DNA of 64,000 nucleotides from an uncultured virus (IMG/VR IMGVR_UViG_3300037166_000075) (Duplodnaviria; Heunggongvirae; Uroviricota; Caudoviricetes): the IMG/VR virus record IMGVR_UViG_3300037166_000075. One strand, 5' to 3'. The notes under the pieces were generated by a model. That model was not told the origin of the DNA. It searched no databases and saw nothing but the letters and a program-made list of their open reading frames with translations. Within the stretch, counting starts at the first letter, position 1; each line of letters begins with the position of its first letter. This document shows, piece by piece, positions 39,660 to 48,817 of the stretch. The translations under genes were made by a program, and so were the position numbers.

Positions 39660-39666
39660 GACTCCC
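39645..39666. repeat. Orphan terminal-inverted-repeat-like sequence of the same family as the ends at 44675 and 45352
   Basis: GGGAACTATATACATGACTCCC matches each end of the mom element at 20/22. Confidence 0.8.
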
Positions 39667-39674
39667 TTTTCCAC

Positions 39675-40003
39675 TCATTTTGCAGCCGCGAACAACGGCG
39701 CATCGGTTCCAGAGACATGAGCAACCCGGCGCTCAATTCGTTGGCGTCGATGGTGCCAATCATCGGCTTGCGGGCCAATACAATCGGCTCATGCGCCGGT
39801 TTCAGCGAAGCGCGCGACTTCGGAAATCCAGTTTTGTAAATCCACTGAATTTGATCGCGTATCTCGAAGCCCGCGTCCTCAACAGCGCAAGCAAGCCGAT
39901 GGTAGGTGCGCGAGCCACCGAAGGCGACGAAGTGCCCGCCGGGTTTGAGAACGCGGAGACATTCTCGCGACCACGCCTCGCACCACTCCTGAAAGAGGTT
40001 CCC
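39675..40003 (-). pseudogene. N6/N4 DNA methyltransferase remnant, internally deleted
   Basis: ECLRVLKPGG..AFGG.RTYHR...GFEIRDQ..W.Y..GFPKS..LKPAHEPIVLARKP; no DPPY or FxGxG; out-of-frame tail RIERRVAH...APLFAAAK-stop. Confidence 0.8.
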
Positions 40004-40150
40004 GTGCAGGACCGGATCGTTGATGTGGACCCCGAGCAACGCGCGGGCGCGTTCGAGATAGCCGCCCGGGTAGGCACCGAACAGCTTCGCGCCTTCTCGC
40101 AGACGCGGGCGCGCCAGGATCCATTCATCGGAGATCGGTCGGTATGTCAT
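40004..40150 (-). pseudogene. N-terminal fragment of a phage gene fused in frame to the MTase remnant
   Basis: MTYRPI...FGAYPGGYLERAR.LL...PVLH, then an abrupt switch to MTase sequence. Confidence 0.5.
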
Positions 40151-41055
40151 GCCGCTTTGTCCGGCTCCGCCGTCTTCGCGGGCGCCAGACCGCTCGGGCT
40201 TGAGCCAGGTCCAAACGGCTCGACCAGCACGAACTCGGGTAGCCGCCACTTCCGGCGATGCTGGTTCAGCCCTTCCATGTCGCCATTGAAGCGCGGCAGG
40301 CCAATCTTCCGCGCCAGCGCTGTGGCCTGGTTCCAGCCGATCTCGATGCGGCCGTACGGCCGCGGAAGCGGCAGCACAACCGGCGCCGGGGAAGGTGCCG
40401 CCGTGATCTCAGGTGCCGGGGAAACCGGCTTCGTCCCCGAAGTGATCGGCGGGGGTTCGGCGGCCCTTGGTGCTGCCGCGTTCGGCTGTGGTTCCGGGAT
40501 CGCAGCCTTCTGGTCCGACGCCAGGACGGGCGACTTCCGCGGATCCGGCACACAGCCCGGGCGCCGCTTGAAGTGGCACTTCTTGATGACGACCCACACC
40601 GCCTTCGAGGTTTCGATATGGGGGCCGGGCAGCTTGTTGACCTCCGGCAGGATGGCGTCTTCCCAGAGACCGTCGCCCCACTTCTGCTCCACCAGTGCGA
40701 CACGCTCGGGAGTCCATTTTACCGGAGGTCCGGGGCTCTTCTGGGTTGCCGGACGCACGACGACCTGCATCGCGGCCCCGAGGACGTTCGGAACTTTCGG
40801 CACTGGCGCTGGCGGAGGCGCCATCTCATCGTGCTGTTCTGGTGCGTCGGGTGGCGTCGGCGGAGCGACCTTGTCGGGCGTGGTGAGATCAGCCGCCGCG
40901 ATCTTCGCGACAGCAGCATCGGCCACGGTGACCACGCCATGCGCCGGGTCTGGCGCTGGGAGGCGCGTCAGGAAGCGCTCGACCAGCTCCTGCAGATCAG
41001 GGTCGAGCCCAACCGTGATGTGGTTCGGAACGCCGGTGATGGCAATCTCGATCAT
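40147..41055 (-). CDS. Pro-rich protein with GcrA/Myb-like HTH segment
   Basis: KWTPERVALVEQKW; ATGA-coupled to the helicase. Confidence 0.6.
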   Translation of the reverse strand: MIEIAITGVPNHITVGLDPDLQELVERFLTRLPAPDPAHGVVTVADAAVAKIAAADLTTPDKVAPPTPPDAPEQHDEMAPPPAPVPKVPNVLGAAMQVVVRPATQKSPGPPVKWTPERVALVEQKWGDGLWEDAILPEVNKLPGPHIETSKAVWVVIKKCHFKRRPGCVPDPRKSPVLASDQKAAIPEPQPNAAAPRAAEPPPITSGTKPVSPAPEITAAPSPAPVVLPLPRPYGRIEIGWNQATALARKIGLPRFNGDMEGLNQHRRKWRLPEFVLVEPFGPGSSPSGLAPAKTAEPDKAA

Positions 41056-42440
41056 GCCGCTCTCCGCTGCAGTCGCCGCTGCCACTGCATCCACGCCCAG
41101 CCGGGCTTGTAGCCGAGCTGATGCGCAAGATTGTGCATGTCGTGCAGCGAGTGCGCCTCGGCCAGCAGCGCGTCGAGGCTGGTGCGCTTGAGCTGCACGT
41201 CTTCCGGGCGCAGCTCGGCCAACTCGCCGGCGCGGCGCTCGACTTCGCGGGGGCTGCTGGCCGCCGCGGTAAACTCATGTCCGCAGCACGGACAACGATG
41301 CTGCGGAGGAAAGACGGCGTAACAGGCGGGGCACTGCCGGATCGCCGGCACGGCGCGGCGATGCCTGCGGCCTTCCAGCGACCATTGCCGTGGCGTCTCC
41401 GCGAACCCATGCGCGGCGGTGTTGTTGGCGTGGTCCAGCACCACCAGGTGCGTCTTGTCCGGCATCGGGCGGAGGCCGCGGCCGATCTGCTGCAGATGCA
41501 GCGACAGGCTCTGGGTCGGCCGCAACAGGGTGACACAGCCAACCGCGGGGACATCGAGTCCCTCGGAAATCAGATCGGCCGCGCACACCACCTGCACGCT
41601 GCCGTGGGCCAGGCCGCCGAGTGCGGCATCGCGCTCGGCCGGCCGCATCTCGCCGTGCGCCGCCACCGCACGCCAGCCGGCGGCGCGGAATGCCTCGGCG
41701 ACGTCCTTGGCGTGCTGCACCGAGACGCAGAACGCAATGCACGGCAGGCCCGGCGCATGCCGGGCGTAGTGCAGCACCGCATCGCCGGTGATGGCTGCCT
41801 TGTCCATCGCCGCGGCGAGCTGGCGGGCATCGTAGTCGCCAGCAATGGTGCGCACTGCGGACAGGTCCGGTCCCGTGACCGGCGCCCAGACGCGCGTCGG
41901 CGTCAGATAGCCCGCCGCGACCAGCTCGGCGACCTGCGGGCCCATCACCAGGCGATCGAAAACGCCGCCGGCGGCGATACCGAGGCCGCGGGCGTCGAGG
42001 CGTTCCGGCGTCGCCGTGACGCCGAGCAGCTTGGCCTGCGGCTGCGACTTGATGATGGCGAGGTATTGGCCGGCGACGGAATGGTGCGCCTCGTCGATGA
42101 CGATCAACGCGAATCGCGGCAGCCGCGCAAGACGGCGCGCCACCGTCTGCACCGAGCCGACCTGCACCATATCGTCGGTCTCGGGATAACCCGGGGCGAT
42201 GATGCCGTGCGGCACGCCGGCGTCGCGCAGCTTGTTGCTGGCCTGGCGGATCAGCTCGGCGCGGTGCGCCAGGATCAGCACCCGGTTGCCCTTGCCGTAG
42301 GCGCCGAGCGCCACGGCGGAGAAAACCACGGTCTTGCCCGAACCCGTGGCAGCACACAGCAGGGGCGCGGCGGCCCCTGTCATGTACGCCTGCCGGAGGC
42401 TTTGGACTGCGGCCTCCTGATACGGGCGCAGGCGGACCAT
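41052..42440 (-). CDS. SF2 DEAD/DEAH helicase with C-terminal zinc ribbon
   Basis: LRPYQ, TGSGKT, DEAH, TATP, EGLD, QQIGRGLR, CxxC...CxxC. Confidence 0.93.
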   Translation of the reverse strand: MVRLRPYQEAAVQSLRQAYMTGAAAPLLCAATGSGKTVVFSAVALGAYGKGNRVLILAHRAELIRQASNKLRDAGVPHGIIAPGYPETDDMVQVGSVQTVARRLARLPRFALIVIDEAHHSVAGQYLAIIKSQPQAKLLGVTATPERLDARGLGIAAGGVFDRLVMGPQVAELVAAGYLTPTRVWAPVTGPDLSAVRTIAGDYDARQLAAAMDKAAITGDAVLHYARHAPGLPCIAFCVSVQHAKDVAEAFRAAGWRAVAAHGEMRPAERDAALGGLAHGSVQVVCAADLISEGLDVPAVGCVTLLRPTQSLSLHLQQIGRGLRPMPDKTHLVVLDHANNTAAHGFAETPRQWSLEGRRHRRAVPAIRQCPACYAVFPPQHRCPCCGHEFTAAASSPREVERRAGELAELRPEDVQLKRTSLDALLAEAHSLHDMHNLAHQLGYKPGWAWMQWQRRLQRRAA

Positions 42441-42700
42441 CAGATCGGCGCCTCGTTCATTGGCGACGTGTCGCCCAGCGGCATCTCGGGCTGGTCCGGC
42501 GTGATCGGCGCCGGCTTGCGCTCGCCCTCGTACTCCTCGGGGTCGGCCACCACGATCAGCACGCGCGCCCCCTGGCAGTCGATCAGCTCGTGTCGCCGCT
42601 CCTCGAACTTCGACATCGTCAGGGCGGCCTTGATGCCGTCCTTGACCGTGATGCTTTCGAGAGTGGCGGGAATCGTGCGTCGGCCGTTGGCAGCGAGACG
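42440..42700 (-). pseudogene. C-terminal part of a phage protein with no clear start
   Basis: GRRTIPATLESITVKDGIKAALT...PDQPEMPL looks coding; the upstream frame does not. Confidence 0.35.
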
Positions 42701-43468
42701 GGAGCAACGAAGGATGGAGGTCGGTGCACAGACTTTGGCGACGGTAGACAACGGCAGGCGCCCGGTGCTGGGGAGCATGGACGGGCGCCGGCACGCGCGG
42801 TGGGATGATGCAGTCGCGGCAACAGGCGCTGCGGCTACACGATCGTACCGAGGGGTTGGTCCCGACGCGGCCACACGCACCGCGCCGGGCGCCGAGGGTC
42901 GCAGCAGCAGCAGCGCGGGAGAGGTGAGGAAGCCCGCGTGGTTGCCGTTCGTGTGCCTCGGGTGGCAATGGGAAAGTGCGGCCGGCCCTGCGACCGGCCG
43001 CGAGTTGGGGGAGGAGACGCCAGCGTGGCGAATGACCGCGGCCACGCACGCGGAAACGACGCCAGCGGGACGCCCGGCGTTACCGGGTAGCGGCCCCCCG
43101 CTGACGCGCGTCACACACCGGGCCGCATCGCATGGAGTAGCACCAGTCGGCCGGAGTCTGTGTGTGGCGAAGGGGAACATGGTGCGACGCTGCTAGCCCC
43201 CGAACAGCCACGCCAGGGCAAGCACCGCGGCCCCGATGCAGGCGACGTCGGCCAGCAGAATGGCGGGGATCAGTCCCACGTCACCCACCGCAAGGCGCCG
43301 ACGGCGCAGAGCCATGGCACCAGCATGAGGGCAGTGATCACCGCTGCACCCAGCCCTGGTCGTCCGCGCGTCGCCGGGTCTCGGCCACGCGACGCTCCCG
43401 CTGCCGCTCACATGCGACGCAGAACCCGCAATACGAGACGATGATGAGGACGACGATGATACCCGCGG

Positions 43469-43723
43469 TCATGTCACACCTCGCTTCGCCAGCTCTTCAT
43501 CGACGCGCGACACGCACGCCTCGACCAGCAGCTCGCGCGCCGACACGCCCAGCACACGCTCGATGGCGATGGCCTGCTCGACGGAAACGAATCGGCGGCC
43601 ATGGATGAGGTAGGAGAGCTGCGACGCGTTGATTCCCAATTCGCGCGCCAGTGCGGCAACACCGTGCCGCGCCTGGGCGGCGTCCTGCAGCAGGGCGGCC
43701 AGACGTGCATGCAGCGGCGGCAT
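43469..43723 (-). CDS. XRE/HigA-like HTH protein
   Basis: LARELGINASQLSYLIHGRR.VS.E.A..I..VLG. Confidence 0.8.
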   Translation of the reverse strand: MPPLHARLAALLQDAAQARHGVAALARELGINASQLSYLIHGRRFVSVEQAIAIERVLGVSARELLVEACVSRVDEELAKRGVT

Positions 43724-43938
43724 CAGGCGGCCTCACGCGATTCGGTGGCGGGCGCATCCCACAGATCCGGACGCAGCTCGTGACGCGGGATGCCGCTGGC
43801 GCAGGCCACTGCGGCAACGCGCTTGGGTGGGATGTCTTCCCAGGAATAGAGCGACTCCATCCTGATCCCCAACTCCCTCGCGAGGGCCGTGGGACCGCCG
43901 GCTGCCGCGATCGCCCGCTTTACGATCTCACTTTGCAT
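43723..43938 (-). CDS. Cro/YdaS-like HTH regulator
   Basis: AGG.TALARELGI....LYSW..IP......G.....LRPDL. Confidence 0.88.
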   Translation of the reverse strand: MQSEIVKRAIAAAGGPTALARELGIRMESLYSWEDIPPKRVAAVACASGIPRHELRPDLWDAPATESREAA

Positions 43939-43943
43939 GCCTT

Positions 43944-44066
43944 GGACACTAAGCGATGCCTAGCGGAATATCAATAGGCAAACGCTAGGTGCGACTCCGG
44001 TACGCAAAAAGGACAATCTCGCTAGGCTGTGCCTATTGACGTTTCGCTAGGCGTCGCTTAGTGTCC
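43944..44066. promoter_or_regulatory. Back-to-back sigma70-like promoters forming a 37-bp inverted repeat, with operator-like palindromes
   Basis: Leftward TTGATA-17-TAGTGT, rightward TTGACG-17-TAGTGT; arms 43944-43980 and 44030-44066 match at 33/37. Confidence 0.8.
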
Positions 44067-44094
44067 CCTCGCTCCCGCGACGAGGAGACCCCCG

Positions 44095-44292
44095 ATGTCA
44101 CGTCCCGATCTCACCCTCCAGGCCGCTCTCCGCATCGCCCATTCGGCCGGCACAGACGCCGCGAACCGTTCCGCGCGTCGCGGCGGGCGCAGCGCTTGGT
44201 CGGACACCGATCGCGATGCGGCGCAACGGGCCACGGAGACGGCGCTGCGCGGGTTGGGGTTCGGCCAGTTCGTGACATCAGAGGTCGCCTGA
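44095..44292 (+). CDS. Early hypothetical protein
   Basis: GAGGAG RBS; first gene after the rightward promoter. Confidence 0.7.
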   Translation: MSRPDLTLQAALRIAHSAGTDAANRSARRGGRSAWSDTDRDAAQRATETALRGLGFGQFVTSEVA

Positions 44293-44293
44293 G

Positions 44294-44674
44294 ATGCTCA
44301 CCGGCCTCTGCACCGCTCTTGAAGCCCAGCCGGCCCCGCCGCTGGTGGTGATCCCGCGGCCTTATCCTGAGTTCGCCGGCGACCTCGACCCGGCGAAGTT
44401 GCCGGCCACGGGGCTTCCGCGGAGCGACACCTACCAGTCGCTCGCCGCGCGCCGGGTCCGCGAGACCCGGCAATGGGTCCGCGACGCGATCTACGAAGGC
44501 CGGCACTACGAGGCCAGCGAAGAGGTCCGGCTCGCGCTACGGGCGCTCCGGTACTGGCAGCGCCGCCTCGTGCTGGCCCCCGTGCACGATGCGATGCGAG
44601 AGCAGCGGCGCCTGCAGCGTGTCGTCGATCTGGCGCGGCGCGAGACGCCGGCCGCGCTGCTGGCCGCAGAATAG
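44294..44674 (+). CDS. Hypothetical protein
   Basis: GAGG RBS; its stop codon lies in the 8-bp target duplication. Confidence 0.6.
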   Translation: MLTGLCTALEAQPAPPLVVIPRPYPEFAGDLDPAKLPATGLPRSDTYQSLAARRVRETRQWVRDAIYEGRHYEASEEVRLALRALRYWQRRLVLAPVHDAMREQRRLQRVVDLARRETPAALLAAE

Positions 44675-45352
44675 GGGAATTATATAGATGACTCCCTCTA
44701 ATCATTTCAGAATCGGTCTAGTGGCCGAAGCGTCTGAACTGGTGGAACGATTTCACTACAGCGGCCGTGTGCCTGCCAACTTGCAATGCGTTGGGACTTG
44801 GCATGCGGATGGCGGACTGTTCGGAGATCAAGGTCAAGTGATAGCCGCGTGCTTCTTTTCTATCCCGCCGACACGATGGTCCGAAGATGTCTGGGAATTA
44901 TCGCGTTTGGTGCGCCGGGATGACGCGGCGGTATCGTTGACCGGCCTGATAGCTGCGACCGTGCGTTTCCTGGCCCGTAGGAAGGCCATGGACCTGTTGG
45001 TGTCGTTCGCCGATGCCACGCATGGGCACCACGGGGCATCTACCAAGCGGCTTCATGGGCTTATGCGGGGCAGCGTGAACGGCGACAGGACGGCCTGATG
45101 ATTAACGGAGTTTTCCATCCTTGTCGATCTTGTAACTCTCGTTGGGGAACGAGTTCCCCAACGAAATTAGCCATCCGGTTGCCGGATCACACGATTGAAC
45201 CGCATTGGGATGACGGCAAGCATCTCTATTGGCGAGCATTGAATAAATCTGGTCGTGCAAAGGCTAAAAGGTTGGGCTTGGAAGCGTTGGCATATCCAAA
45301 ACCACAATGGGCAGCGTTATGAGGGAGCGAGGGAGTAATGTATATAATTCCC
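44675..45352. mobile_element. Non-autonomous IS-derived cassette (678 bp) with 22-bp TIRs and 8-bp TSD; ends resemble IS1595 family (ISNwi1-like)
   Basis: TIRs GGGAATTATATAGATGACTCCC / GGGAGTAATGTATATAATTCCC; CAGAATAG at 44667-44674 and 45353-45360; lower GC; no transposase. Confidence 0.85.
44688..45322 (+). pseudogene. Mom-like DNA-modifying GNAT-fold protein, split by a 1-nt frameshift
   Basis: FHYS, ELSRL, VSFAD..HGH.G[shift at GGGG 45033-45036]GIYQAASWAYAG...KHLY. Confidence 0.75.
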
Positions 45353-45370
45353 CAGAATAGGGAGATCGTC

Positions 45371-45847
45371 ATGGACACCAACGTCACCGACACCGTTCGG
45401 TCGGAAATCACTGACATCATGGTCGGCGCCTGCACGGCCAGCATCTATCGCACCGGCAGCGTCTACCTGCACGGCGGCAGCATTGGCGGCGGTTGCACCA
45501 TCATCGATCCCGAGCACATGGACGACGCCATCACCGCTCTGACCGCTGCGCGCGATGCCAGCGCCGACCTGAAGCCGTTGCCGGTCGCCATCGCTGAGGC
45601 CAGCAAGCTGATCGACCAGGCGAAGAAGCTGCTGCTGCCCGTTGAGCACGATCTCGGTGTCGAAGCCAGCGCCGCCGGCGATGCCGATGAGGATGTCGCC
45701 GGCGCCTACGTGGACGCCCAGACCGACATGGCCAGCGCCCTCGGTGAGCTGGGCGGCGTGCTCGACGGGCTGCGGCTGATCTCGTCCGGGATCGCCACCG
45801 CACGCCGCTACCGCGCCGAGGCGGCGAAGTCGCGCGCCGCGGCCTGA
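45371..45847 (+). CDS. Hypothetical protein
   Basis: GGAG RBS; an alternative in-frame ATG at 45338 lies inside the TIR. Confidence 0.7.
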   Translation: MDTNVTDTVRSEITDIMVGACTASIYRTGSVYLHGGSIGGGCTIIDPEHMDDAITALTAARDASADLKPLPVAIAEASKLIDQAKKLLLPVEHDLGVEASAAGDADEDVAGAYVDAQTDMASALGELGGVLDGLRLISSGIATARRYRAEAAKSRAAA

Positions 45848-45882
45848 TCCATCCCCGCCAGTCTCAACGCAGGATATCCGCA

Positions 45883-46065
45883 ATGTTCCATGATGAGCCC
45901 GTCCCTTCTGACGGCGTGATGACCCGGCAACGCATGCGCGCCGCATCGCGTGCCACTGCCAAGGCCGAGCGCCAGGAGGCCGGGCGCCAGGTTCACCTCG
46001 CCCGCCGCAACGCACTGCTGGCACGCCGCCGCGCACGGAACGCCGGCCACAAGGCCGCGGCATGA
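45883..46065 (+). CDS. Small basic hypothetical protein
   Basis: AGGA RBS; ATGA-coupled to the next gene. Confidence 0.5.
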   Translation: MFHDEPVPSDGVMTRQRMRAASRATAKAERQEAGRQVHLARRNALLARRRARNAGHKAAA

Positions 46066-46880
46066 CTCCCGCCCTTCCCGCGCGCCCAATCCACGAGGCA
46101 CTGGACCGGCTCGCGCGAGGGCTTCGCGCCGCTCCCGTTGCTGCTGCGCGCACCCTGGTGGTCACCGACGAACTGCCGGAGATCGTGGCCGCGATCGCGG
46201 ATCGCGTGGAACCGGAAGGCCACGCGAGCAGCGCGCAGACTGCGCAGCCCGAGGTCTGCACCGCGGCCGCGGCCCCCTTGAACCCGCGCGTGCTGCGCGC
46301 CGACGTGGAGGCGCTGAACGAGGCGGCGCGGATGTGTGACCGCCGCATCGCGCCGTCCGGCGAACGGCTCCGGCTGACGGCGATCCATCTCGACATCGTG
46401 GCCGAGCAACTGGAGCAGGTTGAGCGCTGCGCCGCCCTGCTGATCAGCTACCGCGACACCCTGGAGGCACACGGCGTCGTCGGGCTGCCGATCGGGGTGC
46501 ATGACGCGAAGCTGCTGGCGCAGTCCCTCGCCGTGGTGGCGCGGACCCTGGCACCTCAGGCTCCGGGGACGAGCGAGTTGCCGGCGGGCGTGGCCCGGCT
46601 GCCGATGCGCGAGGAAGCGACGCGCTTGCTGTCGGGGCCGGCTCTCGCCAACGCCAAGCTGGCTGGCGACATCACCGAGCGCATCGTCAAGGAGCTGGCC
46701 GATCGCTCCGCCACCGATCGCTGCATGATCCTGACCACCGTCGCGACCGGCCTGGCGATGGACGCGCTGATCCGGCGCCGCGATCAGCGCACCGCCACGG
46801 CGATGTTCGAGACACGGATCTCGGGCAACTCGAAGCCGACCCCTCCGAGCTCGCGGTCGAGACGGTGCCGGAGCACGTGA
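46062..46880 (+). CDS. Hypothetical protein
   Basis: Coupled ORF with phage-like codon usage. Confidence 0.6.
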   Translation: MTPALPARPIHEALDRLARGLRAAPVAAARTLVVTDELPEIVAAIADRVEPEGHASSAQTAQPEVCTAAAAPLNPRVLRADVEALNEAARMCDRRIAPSGERLRLTAIHLDIVAEQLEQVERCAALLISYRDTLEAHGVVGLPIGVHDAKLLAQSLAVVARTLAPQAPGTSELPAGVARLPMREEATRLLSGPALANAKLAGDITERIVKELADRSATDRCMILTTVATGLAMDALIRRRDQRTATAMFETRISGNSKPTPPSSRSRRCRST

Positions 46881-46884
46881 ACTG

Positions 46885-47292
46885 ATGCCCACCCCCCGCA
46901 AGATCTGGTGCTGCGGCTGCGGCAAGACGGTCTCCGCGCGCCTGACGAATGGTGCCGAAGTCTACTCAGGCCGCGCCGATCTTGCGGAACTGCCGTTCTG
47001 GCGCTGCGATGTCTGCCGCAACTTCGTCGGCTGCCACCACAAGACAAACAACCCGACGCGCCCGCTCGGCGTGATCCCGACACCGGAGATCAAGGGTGCC
47101 AGGCGGCACATCCACCGCATCCTCGACCCGCTCTGGCAGAGCGGCCGGATGCAGCGCGGAGAAGTCTACGTGCTGATCTCGGAACGCCTCGGCCGGCAGT
47201 ACCACACTGCCGAGATCCGCAGCATCGAGGAGGCCCGCGAAGTCTACCGCGTCGTGCAGGCGGTCGCGAAGGAGTTCCCGGTCCATGCGTGA
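46885..47292 (+). CDS. Zinc-finger protein (DUF3268-like)
   Basis: C..C, W.C..C..FVGCH, PLG, H..LDPLW, H.AE. Confidence 0.75.
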   Translation: MPTPRKIWCCGCGKTVSARLTNGAEVYSGRADLAELPFWRCDVCRNFVGCHHKTNNPTRPLGVIPTPEIKGARRHIHRILDPLWQSGRMQRGEVYVLISERLGRQYHTAEIRSIEEAREVYRVVQAVAKEFPVHA

Positions 47293-47620
47293 CAACATGC
47301 CGCCGCGCCGTGTGGATCAGCCGGAGCCCGGGCTCTTCCGTTGCCGCCTGGTGCGCCGCGGGCCCTGGGTTCCGGCGGCGATCCGCCACGAAGCCGGCCT
47401 GTGGTGGGCCGAACTGAACGGCGAGCGGCTCGAAGCCGCGGCCGATCCCGCGCATGCCCCCAAGGTGTTCGAGATCTGGCTCAGCGGCCACGTCATCGAC
47501 CGGGCCGAGTACGAGCACATGCAGCGCGTCCGGGGCTTCGCCGAGCGCTATGCGCCGGCACACCCCGGCGCGAAGCCGCGCGAGCCGATCGTGCTGGCGC
47601 AGCTACCCCCCGTTTACTGA
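47285..47620 (+). CDS. Hypothetical protein
   Basis: P.PG.FR.RLVR.GPWVPA.I pattern. Confidence 0.65.
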   Translation: MRDNMPPRRVDQPEPGLFRCRLVRRGPWVPAAIRHEAGLWWAELNGERLEAAADPAHAPKVFEIWLSGHVIDRAEYEHMQRVRGFAERYAPAHPGAKPREPIVLAQLPPVY

Positions 47621-47633
47621 GGACAGGAGAGAG

Positions 47634-48485
47634 ATGGGAACGCAGGAAACGATTGCCGCGACTGTCACCGAGGCCATCAGCGAAGCCACGGCGACGATCG
47701 GCGACAACAGCCGTCATGCCTACATCGACCTCGCGGTCGTGCTGGCACCGGAGTGGTTGAGCGACAACATGGAGGCCGGCTACGGCGACCGCCGGAAGCG
47801 CGGCGGCGAACTGATGGCCGCCAACCTGCGCTTCCTTGCCGCCAACCCAGACGGCATCAAGGACGACGAGACGCAAGGCCGCGCTTCGGCCTTCGCGCGG
47901 CAGCTCGGCGACGAGATCAAGTCGCTCGATACCGCCCGCATGGAATCGGGCGCCCCGATCCGTCAGGCTACCGGCATCGTCAACAGTTGGTGGGCGGCGC
48001 TGATTGATCCGCTGAAGAACGCGCGGGCCGGCGTCATGAGTCACATCGACAAGTACGCCAAGGACCGCGCCGATGCGGCCCGCAAGACGGCCGAGGAAGA
48101 GGCCCAACGCAAGCGGGAAGAAGCTGCGAACCTCGCGGCAATGGCCGAGCGCAGCGGTGACGTCGCCACGATGGACCGCGCCATCGAAGCCGAGCAGGCG
48201 GCCGAGGACATGCACGCTGCTGCTGCGGCGAGCCCTGCGGCGCTGAGTCGCGTCCGCGGCGACCTCGGTACCACCACCAGCCTGCGGACGCGCTGGAGCT
48301 GGGCCGAGGATCCCGCCACTGGCGGCCTGATGGCACTCGTGCGCGCCGTGGCTGCGGGCACGCAGCCCTCGAACCTGCTAGTACCGAACAAGGCCATTCT
48401 CGACGCACTCGCCCGCGACAAGAACAGCCGCAGCATCATCCCGGGCATCCGCTGGGTATCCGAACAGAGGGCGGTCGTGCGGTGA
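47634..48485 (+). CDS. Coiled-coil early protein
   Basis: AGGAG RBS; E/A/K-rich helix, SR.RGD.G, IPG near the C-terminus. Confidence 0.65.
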   Translation: MGTQETIAATVTEAISEATATIGDNSRHAYIDLAVVLAPEWLSDNMEAGYGDRRKRGGELMAANLRFLAANPDGIKDDETQGRASAFARQLGDEIKSLDTARMESGAPIRQATGIVNSWWAALIDPLKNARAGVMSHIDKYAKDRADAARKTAEEEAQRKREEAANLAAMAERSGDVATMDRAIEAEQAAEDMHAAAAASPAALSRVRGDLGTTTSLRTRWSWAEDPATGGLMALVRAVAAGTQPSNLLVPNKAILDALARDKNSRSIIPGIRWVSEQRAVVR

Positions 48486-48817
48486 AAACGCCATACGGCA
48501 TCTACCTGCCCGGCAAAGCCGAGCCGGAGCGGCGCGACGTCGACTGGCCGCATGATCCCGGCTACGACCGCATCCGCGATCTCATCAGGCCGCTGCTTGA
48601 CGGCGGCAAGCTCGAACACGTCACGGTTCTGCACAACGGCAAGCCGGCAGACATGTTCGTCGATGAGGATTTCCAAGACAAGGGACTGCCACGGAACGAC
48701 GCCGCGACCGCGATCTACCGCGCGTACTCGCTCAAGTGCCAACCCGGCACGGATCCCGAAACGCTTCCAGCAATCGCCGGGCCGGCCATCATCTTTGAGA
48801 GGAGAGTTTGGCTTTGA
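48482..48817 (+). CDS. DUF3846-like hypothetical protein
   Basis: LEHV, MFVDE....GLP.N..AT, I.G.A. Confidence 0.55.
   Translation: MKTPYGIYLPGKAEPERRDVDWPHDPGYDRIRDLIRPLLDGGKLEHVTVLHNGKPADMFVDEDFQDKGLPRNDAATAIYRAYSLKCQPGTDPETLPAIAGPAIIFERRVWL

Noticed and set aside
43469..43938. Toxin-antitoxin pair
   Set aside because: Both proteins are HTHs in cro/cII-like positions; no toxin domain is adjacent
44675..45352. Invertible switch between the inverted repeats
   Set aside because: The 8-bp flanking direct repeat and clean empty site fit transposition better; no invertase was seen
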